Positions 9,521-18,155 of a stretch of 37,005 nucleotides of DNA are shown here, piece by piece. The stretch is from a virus. Taxonomy: Duplodnaviria > Caudoviricetes. Every line of letters begins with the position of its first letter. The stretch's first letter is position 1. The position numbers and the translations under genes are program-made. The stretch lies in the IMG/VR virus record IMGVR_UViG_3300029171_000027, positions 1 to 37,005 of that record. One strand, 5' to 3'. The notes beneath the pieces are model-generated. The model was given only the letters and a program-made list of their open reading frames with translations, did no database searches and had not been told where the DNA came from.

Positions 9521-9563
9521 AAGCCACTCCAATGTAACTTGCTTGCATTTACGAGTGGCTTTT
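9521..9563 (+). terminator. Intrinsic terminator-like hairpin
   Basis: AAGCCACTC...GAGTGGCTT followed by TT. Confidence 0.6.
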
Positions 9564-9599
9564 GTGTTACAATAAAAACCTAATAATAAAAGGAGAGTA

Positions 9600-10313
9600 A
9601 TGGCAGAGACTGTTTTAGAACACCCAGAAGACACGGTTCGTATCCGTAACATTGATTTTGATTGTGATGAGGTAGAGACGGATGTTATTCCGACCTTTAA
9701 AGGCAGACAGGTTAGCACTCCATCTGGTATAAAAACAATTGCAGTCGAAGTCCACAGAGAAGCCCCAGCCAACTCGCACAGAGAGTTCTTTATGTTCAGA
9801 CACGACAGAACTAAGGTTGTTCGTATTAAGCCTGGCGAAACGGTAGATTTACCTCGCTACTTAGCTAACAAGCTGGCTCTTAAACTAGCTCAACATATAA
9901 TCGGTAAAAAAGCCTTAGCGATTATTAAAGAGGCTCGTAGCAAGAACCAAGAGCCTGGTCGTTTGCCCTTAATAACTGACAGTAACGCCCTTTCAGCCCT
10001 CTATAAAGACATTATTGTTGGAGTTGTTCGTTATCACGAAGCCAATACCATCAGCTACGATAATCTTTTTGCCGAAGAACAAGAAGTAATGAATAAGGTT
10101 GAGCAGTCGTCAGGTGAAATAGGACTAGATTTTGGCAATGTTAACTCAGGGTTAGTTTTTGATACTTCCAGAGATTACAAATACGGCCCAATCCCAGAAC
10201 AGCCTATTGGTGCTAGTTCAGACCTTGAGCTTGAAGCTACAGAGTTTAATGTTCAAGACCGTAAACTTAGTAAACTTAGTAAATCCGATAAATCGACAAT
10301 GGTCGCTCACTAG
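9600..10313 (+). CDS. Hypothetical protein
   Basis: 237-aa ORF with AAAGGAG RBS. Confidence 0.8.
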   Translation: MAETVLEHPEDTVRIRNIDFDCDEVETDVIPTFKGRQVSTPSGIKTIAVEVHREAPANSHREFFMFRHDRTKVVRIKPGETVDLPRYLANKLALKLAQHIIGKKALAIIKEARSKNQEPGRLPLITDSNALSALYKDIIVGVVRYHEANTISYDNLFAEEQEVMNKVEQSSGEIGLDFGNVNSGLVFDTSRDYKYGPIPEQPIGASSDLELEATEFNVQDRKLSKLSKSDKSTMVAH

Positions 10314-10314
10314 C

Positions 10315-10456
10315 TTGACTTACTTTGGCTCTTTGGTAGTATTAGGGTAACAATTTAATCATTTAATGCTTAAAGCTACATGCCCTCGGGTTTGTAGCTT
10401 TTTGCTAGAGAAATCATACTAATCTCACCTTTGCTCGGTAGATTAGTGAGCAAAGG
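10315..10456 (+). promoter_or_regulatory. Promoter, leader terminator and RBS-sequestering pseudoknot
   Basis: TTGACT-16-TAGTAT; ATGCTTAAAGC at 10366; stem AAAGCTACA/TGTAGCTTT; pseudoknot at 10418-10456. Confidence 0.6.
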
Positions 10457-10462
10457 AATATT

Positions 10463-10816
10463 ATGGCTGGTAAATCATCAGACGGCGTAAACTTACGCAA
10501 TCTACCCAGAGATAAAAATCGCATTGCAGTTCAAGCCTGTCAAACTTTTGTTACTCAAGACGAAACAGGAACACCTAAGACTTCTCCACTAAACTATTCA
10601 AGCTCAGTTATCACTCTTGCTGTCCCTCAGAGAGCGGTTAATTTTACGATTATGCCGACAACCGACCTAAAGATTAGTGACGACTCAACTATGACAACTT
10701 ACGACTTTATCCTAGCTTACTCCAAAGAGGTCAAAGAGTGTGCTGGAATGACTAGTATTTACATTGTTCGTAGTGCCTCTGATGGCATTGCTTACTTTAC
10801 CTTTGGGATAGTCTAA
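10463..10816 (+). CDS. Probable virion protein
   Basis: ORF with AAAGGA RBS in the structural module. Confidence 0.7.
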   Translation: MAGKSSDGVNLRNLPRDKNRIAVQACQTFVTQDETGTPKTSPLNYSSSVITLAVPQRAVNFTIMPTTDLKISDDSTMTTYDFILAYSKEVKECAGMTSIYIVRSASDGIAYFTFGIV

Positions 10817-10817
10817 A

Positions 10818-11789
10818 ATGTTTTATACACCCCGTATCTCTAGCCCATCAGGATTTATCGGTGCACCCGTATCAGGTGGGACGGCTGGTTCCGTATTGTT
10901 TCTTGGAACTGGCGGTATCTTAGCCCAAGATAATACCAACCTTTTTTGGGACGACACTAATAATTTTCTAGGTATCGGCACAGCTTCGCCCGCTAACAGA
11001 CTTCACGTTAGACAGACTAGCAACAATGTGGCTGGCGTTTATATTGTTACGGGTGGCGGTTCAGCTTCATCAGGCTTAACCTTAGAACCAAGTGCTGGTG
11101 GCGGTCGTAGTGTTAGCATTGGCTACGACGGCTCGATGATTGCTATGCAAGCTAATAACGCAGGGGCTTCCGCTTTTCAGATTAAAGGAGCTTCGTCTTC
11201 AGTTAGAATCGCCACCGACGCTTCTGGTAATATTGTAGATATTGAACCAAACGCTGTCGTTACTGCTAGAGCCAGTGGTTCAGGCAACGGCACCTTTAAG
11301 GTTAAAAAAGGCGGCACAACTTCCTTAATTAATGTGGGCGGAGTTACTGTTGTCGATACAACACAAACTGGTAATACGGCCGCCACCGAAACAGACGCAT
11401 TTAGCCATTCCGTAGCCGCTTCAACGCTCGGTGCAGATGGTGATAGTTTGAGATTTATGGCTGCAGGAACCTTTGCAGCGACTGCTTCCACTGATAAACG
11501 TATTAAGGTAGTTTTTGGCTCAGACACGCTGTTTGACTCGGGTAGCATTGCAGTTACTACGGCTAAAGACTGGTCTTTAAACGGGCTTATTATCCGAACG
11601 GGTGCAGCCACAACCAAAGCTATCGTCAATTTCCAATCTTCTGAAGCCACACTGACTTCAACCGTTGACTACACTACAGGCACACCAACCCTGGCTAACG
11701 CTAATACACTGAAACTAACCATTAACGGCACAAATGCCAGCGATGTCGTAGCCGAACTATACAAAGAGTGGTTTGACCCAATTCAATAA
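10818..11789 (+). CDS. Fibre-like virion protein
   Basis: GSVLF...LFWDDTNNFLGIGTASP...LHV fibre repeat motif; Gly/Thr/Ala-rich. Confidence 0.7.
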   Translation: MFYTPRISSPSGFIGAPVSGGTAGSVLFLGTGGILAQDNTNLFWDDTNNFLGIGTASPANRLHVRQTSNNVAGVYIVTGGGSASSGLTLEPSAGGGRSVSIGYDGSMIAMQANNAGASAFQIKGASSSVRIATDASGNIVDIEPNAVVTARASGSGNGTFKVKKGGTTSLINVGGVTVVDTTQTGNTAATETDAFSHSVAASTLGADGDSLRFMAAGTFAATASTDKRIKVVFGSDTLFDSGSIAVTTAKDWSLNGLIIRTGAATTKAIVNFQSSEATLTSTVDYTTGTPTLANANTLKLTINGTNASDVVAELYKEWFDPIQ

Positions 11790-11803
11790 AGAAAGGATAC
11801 CTT

Positions 11804-12169
11804 ATGGCGTTTATTAAGCCCCTAACTGACCCCTACGGCACAATTCATAATACTGGGTATTTCGTGCCAACTATCGAGAAACTATCTAAGCACGAAAAGT
11901 TTGTTCGTTTCTATATGCACGGTTACACTGACTCAGCCGTTGCCGACAGAGTTAAGAACGGTGAGGCTATTTTTCCAGCCGTTACCGTAGAGTATGTTGT
12001 CCGCTCTGATAAGTTTGACGATTACTTCAGCACTGCTGCACTACTCGATGGCAATGTCTACAGTGCTTGTTACAACTTCGTTGCTGAAAATCAGTGCTTA
12101 CGAGACGATAAAGGTGAAATTATGTCTGGTGACGAGCCTTTATTTTTTGCAGACGCAGTAGCAGCTTAA
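11804..12169 (+). CDS. Hypothetical protein, possible fibre assembly factor
   Basis: Strong RBS; follows the fibre gene. Confidence 0.7.
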   Translation: MAFIKPLTDPYGTIHNTGYFVPTIEKLSKHEKFVRFYMHGYTDSAVADRVKNGEAIFPAVTVEYVVRSDKFDDYFSTAALLDGNVYSACYNFVAENQCLRDDKGEIMSGDEPLFFADAVAA

Positions 12170-12181
12170 AAGGAGAACCCA

Positions 12182-12403
12182 ATGCAACAACGACCACAAA
12201 ACAACCAAGAGTTTGGTCAGGCTATTATCACAGGGCTTGCTAAACTAGAGACCAGAGTTTTACAGTCAATGCTGTCTGACCTTGCTTTAGAGCATTTGCG
12301 AACGACCAAGAAAATGAGCGTTATTGAGGGCGTGATTAACGCTAGGATTGATAGCGAAGTTTTGAAAGAACTGCACGATGGCCAATCCAAGCAGTTGGAC
12401 TAA
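12182..12403 (+). CDS. Hypothetical helical protein
   Basis: AAGGAG RBS. Confidence 0.7.
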   Translation: MQQRPQNNQEFGQAIITGLAKLETRVLQSMLSDLALEHLRTTKKMSVIEGVINARIDSEVLKELHDGQSKQLD

Positions 12404-12575
12404 TGTAACACTAAATCCGAATGCTTACACGCAGTCAACGGCACTGGGTAACGCAGTCAGAGCTAACAGCACTACAGTCAGTGCCAACAGCACTACAGTT
12501 ACAGCTCAAGGTTTCGCACAAGGTGCCAATTTAATAGATAACGCCAACCCAGCCACCTATACACAAGTAGCCTAA
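12378..12575 (+). CDS. Small structural protein with a repeated ANSTTV motif
   Basis: TAATG coupling to the next gene; internal 21-bp near-repeat. Confidence 0.6.
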   Translation: MANPSSWTNVTLNPNAYTQSTALGNAVRANSTTVSANSTTVTAQGFAQGANLIDNANPATYTQVA

Positions 12576-13327
12576 TGTCTTCACTCTATCCCACTAGCCT
12601 AGATACTAACTCCACAGTTCCAGCTAATACAGCTCCAACGCAGGTTTTAAATGCTTTAGGTGTTATTGGTTTGTCACCAGCTTACAACAATGCGGCAGAG
12701 GCGATATTGGCACTAGAAACCAAACTGGGAACTGGTGCAGCCACTCCAGCTACCAGCCGTTTTCTGGTTGGCACTGGTTCTGGAACTTCCGATTGGTCTA
12801 AAGTCGTTCCAGCAGGCACAGTTGTTGGCACAACTGACACACAAAATCTAACTAATAAAACTGTTACAGACACATTAAATGTTGCAGGTGCTATTACTCA
12901 GGCAGGTTCAGCCGACCATATTACCCTTACTCCAGGGACTAGTAAGTTAGTCAAATCTTCCTATTTAAAGCAAGAAATAACTACCAATACCTATGTGAAC
13001 GGTGTTGTAACTTTGGCTGGTTGGGGATATATGCAAGGCGACGCTGCAAATAAATTAGTGACGACTAGCGTAACTTTTGGCGTGACCTTCACCTCAAGGC
13101 CTACGATTGTTGTTGGTTTGATAGGTAGAAAAGACACCTCTGCACCAACGCACATCGGGGATTTTGGCGATACTGGAGCACTGTCGGATGGCAATGGTAT
13201 CTGGACTTACGGTTCTGCTACATCGACTACAGGGTTCACTGCTAATATGCGAATTGGTGCAGCTGCAGCTGGCTGGACTAGCTCAATTTATCTTGGCTTT
13301 TCTTGGGTAGCGATAGGGCCAATCTAA
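12575..13327 (+). CDS. Tail fibre protein with a gp53/H-lectin-like C-terminus
   Basis: YPTSLD N-terminus, VVGTTDTQNLTNKT repeat motif, VTFGVTFTSRP...FSWVAIG. Confidence 0.7.
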   Translation: MSSLYPTSLDTNSTVPANTAPTQVLNALGVIGLSPAYNNAAEAILALETKLGTGAATPATSRFLVGTGSGTSDWSKVVPAGTVVGTTDTQNLTNKTVTDTLNVAGAITQAGSADHITLTPGTSKLVKSSYLKQEITTNTYVNGVVTLAGWGYMQGDAANKLVTTSVTFGVTFTSRPTIVVGLIGRKDTSAPTHIGDFGDTGALSDGNGIWTYGSATSTTGFTANMRIGAAAAGWTSSIYLGFSWVAIGPI

Positions 13328-14247
13328 TGCTTAGTTTTGATAAAGCTCGACAATACTGCTACGACCAAATAGGCACAGGCTCATCTAACACATCTGCAGT
13401 TACCTATTTCGATACTTTGATGAACTTCAGCTATAAATGGCTTTTAGCGAGGTTTGACCGAACCGAGATTGAAAAGACAGCGACAACTCCAACGGTTGCT
13501 AGTCGGCAGTATTATCAGGTTCCACCTGACTTTAAAAGGTTAATGTCTGCTAAGGTTACTGTCGGCTCAATTGATTACCCTTTAACAGAAGTGCAGTCAC
13601 AAGATGAATGGGACAGATTTAATACCATTACCACATATACTAGCGATATTCCTAGCCATTACTTTGTTAGGGCTAGATTTGGTTTAGGTGGTAGTGAAGT
13701 AGGTATCTTTCCGACACCGACCAGTGCGTCTAATACAATTACTTTTGTTTACAAAGCCACTGAAAGAGACCTTGGTATCGCTAAATACACTACAGGCACT
13801 GTTACTTTAACTAACGGCTCTCAAACCGTTACAGGCTCTGGAACAACCTTTACCAACGCAATGGTGGGTCGTTACCTAACCAGCACAGACGCTGGTGCAG
13901 ACGGTCTAATTTACAGAATTAGTTCTTACGCTTCGGCTACTAGTATCTCACTAGAACAGTATTATGCTGGTTCGACTGTAGCTGGTGCAACTTATGAGAT
14001 ATTCCAAGTATTCAACCTACCTGAAGATATGCAAATGCTACCAGCATATTTTGCCTTAGCCGAATATTACAGAGGCAAGGGCAATACTAATTTATCTGAT
14101 TACTACAAAGGCTTATTTGATAGTGGCTACGCTGACGCTAAAAAGTTTTACGGTGCAAGAACAAGTAACCAGTTAATCAATCTTAATAGTCAAAACACGC
14201 TAGTAGGCGATTTTTATCCTGGTAACTGGCCAGCCCCAACGAGCTAG
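13327..14247 (+). CDS. Head-tail adaptor-like protein with an inserted beta domain
   Basis: YQVPPDF...P..Y...IFPTP adaptor pattern; ATG 13327 overlaps the upstream TAA. Confidence 0.65.
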   Translation: MLSFDKARQYCYDQIGTGSSNTSAVTYFDTLMNFSYKWLLARFDRTEIEKTATTPTVASRQYYQVPPDFKRLMSAKVTVGSIDYPLTEVQSQDEWDRFNTITTYTSDIPSHYFVRARFGLGGSEVGIFPTPTSASNTITFVYKATERDLGIAKYTTGTVTLTNGSQTVTGSGTTFTNAMVGRYLTSTDAGADGLIYRISSYASATSISLEQYYAGSTVAGATYEIFQVFNLPEDMQMLPAYFALAEYYRGKGNTNLSDYYKGLFDSGYADAKKFYGARTSNQLINLNSQNTLVGDFYPGNWPAPTS

Positions 14248-14254
14248 GTAAGAA

Positions 14255-15730
14255 ATGGCTAGAATAGAACTCAATATTGCTCTCTTTAACGGAGGTATTG
14301 CCGAAAGTCTTAAAAGAGGTTCAGCTGGTGCCTGTCGGTTTATTAAACGAGTTAATACTTTAGACGAACCTACGCAAATGTCTGCTATGCCAACGACATC
14401 TAAGGTCTCGGCAACTACTGTAACTGATTTAGTTAAATGGATAGTATCTGGCACACCTTATGACAGTAATACATACGCTATTGGCGATACGGGTCGGTTT
14501 TATAAAATAGACTCTGGTGGCACTTGGTCTTTAATAAAGACAGTTTCTAACTGCAAGGGTCAGGGCTTAGAGCTTTACAACGACTATCTCTACTACACAC
14601 AAAACACACAGATAGGTCGCTACGGCCCTTTAAGTGGGGCTCCAGCCGCTACTGACAACTGGAATACAGGGCTGACTGATACATCAGGCACAGGAATTGG
14701 CCCTATTAAGGTTTTTAAAGAGGGATTTGCTGTAGCTCACGGCCCCTATGTCGCTTGGTATGACGGCTCAACATTTACAGTTAGACGGTTATCTTTTCCA
14801 CCTGATATTTACACTAGGTGTATAAGCCCGTTAGATGAATATCTAGTGTTTGGAGTTTCCAAGGGAACATCTTTAACAGCTTCTGAACAAGGTTTACTCT
14901 TTTACTGGGACGGCTCTGCGACTACATTTAACTTTTTTGCCGAGGTTAATGTCGGCGGTGTCTACTCAATGACCAACTATAGAAATCGCTTAATGTTTGT
15001 AGCAGGTGGCTACGGTGACCTTTACGCTATATCAGCTGGTGGCTATACCTCACCACAACGACTTGAGAGACTTCCCAACATTACAATGGGCAATACGGTA
15101 GAGATAGCGTCTGGGGCGATGACAACCTATAAAGGTCAGCTATATATCGGTGGCGGTCTTAGCACTAATACGACTAGCTTTATTCACGGTGCCTATAGAT
15201 ACGGTTCTTTAGTTGATAGCTATCCAGAGGGCTTATATTACGACGCTACTATAAGCACTGGCACAGAGACTGGAACCTCAGTCAGTATAGGTGCGGTTAA
15301 AGGCATAGGTTCTGCTTTATACATTGCTTGGAAAGACGGTTCTACTTATGGAGTCGATAAGCTAACTGACAGTAACTCTGCTGTCGCAACCTATAGTTAC
15401 GAGTCCTTACTAATAGACGGCGGAAGGCCAACTAAGATTAAAAAACTGCTCAAATTAGTAGTTACTCACTCTGCTTTGGCTAGTGGCCAAAGTATCGCCT
15501 TGGGTTATGACATTAACAGAAGTGGCTCTTACACTGCGACAACTAATAACACGGTTGGCACTACTGAAACCTCTTTCGACTTAACCGTTAACGGCTCTAC
15601 TGTATTCTACGATGTAGGCGTAAGGGTTCTAGCGACGACTAATAGCTCTGCTTTATCGGTTTATGCAATAGCGGTTGTTTACGATGACCAATCTGAGCAG
15701 ATTGAGGGAACTGGTAACGGGACTTTTTAA
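14255..15730 (+). CDS. Tail nozzle / DNA stabilisation protein (beta-propeller-like)
   Basis: 491 aa, FNGG N-terminus, repeated WDG/YDG blades; follows the adaptor. Confidence 0.65.
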   Translation: MARIELNIALFNGGIAESLKRGSAGACRFIKRVNTLDEPTQMSAMPTTSKVSATTVTDLVKWIVSGTPYDSNTYAIGDTGRFYKIDSGGTWSLIKTVSNCKGQGLELYNDYLYYTQNTQIGRYGPLSGAPAATDNWNTGLTDTSGTGIGPIKVFKEGFAVAHGPYVAWYDGSTFTVRRLSFPPDIYTRCISPLDEYLVFGVSKGTSLTASEQGLLFYWDGSATTFNFFAEVNVGGVYSMTNYRNRLMFVAGGYGDLYAISAGGYTSPQRLERLPNITMGNTVEIASGAMTTYKGQLYIGGGLSTNTTSFIHGAYRYGSLVDSYPEGLYYDATISTGTETGTSVSIGAVKGIGSALYIAWKDGSTYGVDKLTDSNSAVATYSYESLLIDGGRPTKIKKLLKLVVTHSALASGQSIALGYDINRSGSYTATTNNTVGTTETSFDLTVNGSTVFYDVGVRVLATTNSSALSVYAIAVVYDDQSEQIEGTGNGTF

Positions 15731-17034
15731 TGAAACAAGATAAGGTAATTATAACTAAGCAAGGCGATGAGCAGTCAGGTAGCTATAAACAAGGCGACAC
15801 AACCATTACAGAGTTTGAATACGATGAGCCAATACCTTACCCAAGCCCCGAAAACCGTAGGCTAGACTCTAAGTATATTCAACAAATTAGAAACTTTACT
15901 ATGACCGAGGAGACTCGTGCCTCTAAGGCTATAGTCTCGGCTCTTAAAGCAGGTGGCGGAGACTTCACGGATATTCAGTCAGCCATTGATTTTGTTAACG
16001 CTCGAGGTGGTGGAACTGTTTTTATTCGTGGTGGAACTTATGTCTTAACTAGCTCACTGACTATTTATTCTAAAGTGGCTCTGGTTGGTGAGGCGTTAGG
16101 TGCAGTTATATTAGTCTTGTCAGGTGCAGTTAAGGTTCAAGGCACTGGCACATCTATATACGAAACAGGCACAGTAGCGGTTACCAAAGGCTCAACAACA
16201 GTAACTGGAACTGGGACGACTTGGACTGGTAACATTACAACAAGCCATAAAATTATTCTTAATGGAGAAATCTTTTCTATTGCCTCAATAGATAGTAATA
16301 CTCAAATAACTCTCTCGACCAAGTATTTTAAAGGAACGCTGTCTGGACTAACTTATACCGCAGCCGTATTTGTCGAAGGAGTGTTTTTACAAAACCTTGT
16401 AATTTCTGGCGGAAACGGCAATCAGGTTGACCTAGACCACCTCAACGGCTTTGCCTTACAAAATGTTATCTGCACTGGTGCTGGGGCTAAGGCGTTTGAA
16501 CTATCAGACTGCGTAAACTTTAATCTATTATCTATTACAGGTAACCAAGCTACGACTAACGGTTTGTATATGGAAGATAGCTTTAACTTTTTAATGCAAT
16601 CTAGTAGCTTTACTACTTCAGCCACTGACGGTATCAAACTTTTAAGGTGTCAGTCTGGTTCTTTACAGGTCTCAAGCTCAGAAAACTCAACTAACGACGG
16701 CTTGGATATGGAAACTTGCTCAAATATTACCTGTGTAGGTTTAGAGCTTGACGAAAATGGAGGTAACGGTGCCTTTATCAACGACTGCGATAGTATTAAC
16801 TTTATCGGTGGTGGCTCTGACGCTAATACTTCTGACGGAATAGAACTCGACGCTGATAGTAATCAGTGCAATGTCAGTAGTTGGCAGGCTAACTCGAATA
16901 CAGGCTATGGAGTCAGAATTAACTCAGCTAACTGCGACGATAACAATGTTATTGGTAACCAACTCCAGAATAATACGGCTGGTGGAGTTTTAGACTCTGG
17001 CACAACCTCAATAGTCGCTAATAACCAGACTTGA
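15730..17034 (+). CDS. Tailspike with a right-handed beta-helix (pectate lyase-like)
   Basis: GDFTDIQSAID...GGGTVFIRGGTY cap followed by Asn/Gly/Cys ladder repeats. Confidence 0.85.
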   Translation: MKQDKVIITKQGDEQSGSYKQGDTTITEFEYDEPIPYPSPENRRLDSKYIQQIRNFTMTEETRASKAIVSALKAGGGDFTDIQSAIDFVNARGGGTVFIRGGTYVLTSSLTIYSKVALVGEALGAVILVLSGAVKVQGTGTSIYETGTVAVTKGSTTVTGTGTTWTGNITTSHKIILNGEIFSIASIDSNTQITLSTKYFKGTLSGLTYTAAVFVEGVFLQNLVISGGNGNQVDLDHLNGFALQNVICTGAGAKAFELSDCVNFNLLSITGNQATTNGLYMEDSFNFLMQSSSFTTSATDGIKLLRCQSGSLQVSSSENSTNDGLDMETCSNITCVGLELDENGGNGAFINDCDSINFIGGGSDANTSDGIELDADSNQCNVSSWQANSNTGYGVRINSANCDDNNVIGNQLQNNTAGGVLDSGTTSIVANNQT

Positions 17035-17096
17035 TAAACTATGGCTAGTAAGTATAATCTAAGTAAGCTAAAAGCAGGTTTCTCCTGCTTATTTTT
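17031..17096 (+). promoter_or_regulatory. Promoter plus leader terminator before the ejection genes
   Basis: TTGATA-16-TATAAT; AAGCTAAAAGC; stem AAGCAGG/CCTGCTT then ATTTTT. Confidence 0.6.
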
Positions 17097-17105
17097 GTGA
17101 GAATT

Positions 17106-18155
17106 ATGCCAACAGACAATGACTTCCAATCCCTATCTAAGCAATTAGCTGAACAGCGAAGACTAGCCACGGAAACGGCTGGTAAGATTTCTGCTGACCG
17201 AATGGCTTTAACAAAGTCTTTACAAGACCGCCAAGACTCTTTGGCTAACGAATATATTTCTAAACTATCGGGTCAGAAACCGCTTCAGCAAGCCTACAAC
17301 GAGCTTTCAGACTCAACTGGTCTCAATACCTATAAACAGCAGTTTAGACTTAACAGAGACCTACTGAGTAAGCTCCCAGACGATGTGACTAACCGAACCA
17401 CTGGAACACTAACAAGCGAGTCTCAAAGACGGAGACAAATCGCCGCTGAGGGCGAACCTATTCAACGCAATCTTTCTGACGCTTCCAGCCGACTACAGGA
17501 CGCTAGTCAAGATGTTGCAACTCAGTTGCAGTTTACAGCTAAAGACCAAGAACGAGAGTTAGAACCAATCAAGCTACGACTTGAGCTGTTTAAAGAGAAC
17601 TCAGCCAGAGAGCTAACAGGTTATGACCAAACTAAACAGCAAGAACTTAACGTATTACTAGGTCAATTAGAAACCGAAGGTCAATTAGCTCAAGCCGAAT
17701 ACAACCGAATGGTCAGCTTAGCCAAAGAAGAACGAGACTTTGAACGCCAAAAATCAGCCATCAAAGAGATTGATTTAGGTGATAAGGTTTTACTAACAGA
17801 CCAGGTTGGTAATGTAATAAGAGTGGAGCAAAAAGGTAAGTTACCTGGCTCTGGTTCTGGCTCTGGTTTGGACTTACAAGGCTTTATTAACTGGCAACAA
17901 CAACAGAACAAACAAACGCCCCCGACTGCAAGCAACGAAGAACTATCTAGGCTCAGAAAAGAAGCTGAGGATAAGTTTAATGCAGAACTAGGAGCTAAGG
18001 CTAAAATTGCTAACGACCAACGAAAAGCCGTTGCTGCTCGAACCTACAAAGAGGCAGAGGCTCAAAGACGCATAGAGGTAGCAAAACAACCTATCAAACC
18101 TGTAAGCAAGCTACCTGCACCAACACAATACCCAACGTTTAAAAGGAATTGGTAA
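17106..18155 (+). CDS. Probable internal virion / DNA ejection protein
   Basis: Gln/Glu-rich coiled coil after the tail module. Confidence 0.55.
   Translation: MPTDNDFQSLSKQLAEQRRLATETAGKISADRMALTKSLQDRQDSLANEYISKLSGQKPLQQAYNELSDSTGLNTYKQQFRLNRDLLSKLPDDVTNRTTGTLTSESQRRRQIAAEGEPIQRNLSDASSRLQDASQDVATQLQFTAKDQERELEPIKLRLELFKENSARELTGYDQTKQQELNVLLGQLETEGQLAQAEYNRMVSLAKEERDFERQKSAIKEIDLGDKVLLTDQVGNVIRVEQKGKLPGSGSGSGLDLQGFINWQQQQNKQTPPTASNEELSRLRKEAEDKFNAELGAKAKIANDQRKAVAARTYKEAEAQRRIEVAKQPIKPVSKLPAPTQYPTFKRNW

Noticed and set aside
10818-17034. Diversity-generating retroelement acting on fibres
   Set aside because: No reverse transcriptase and no TR/VR pair seen.
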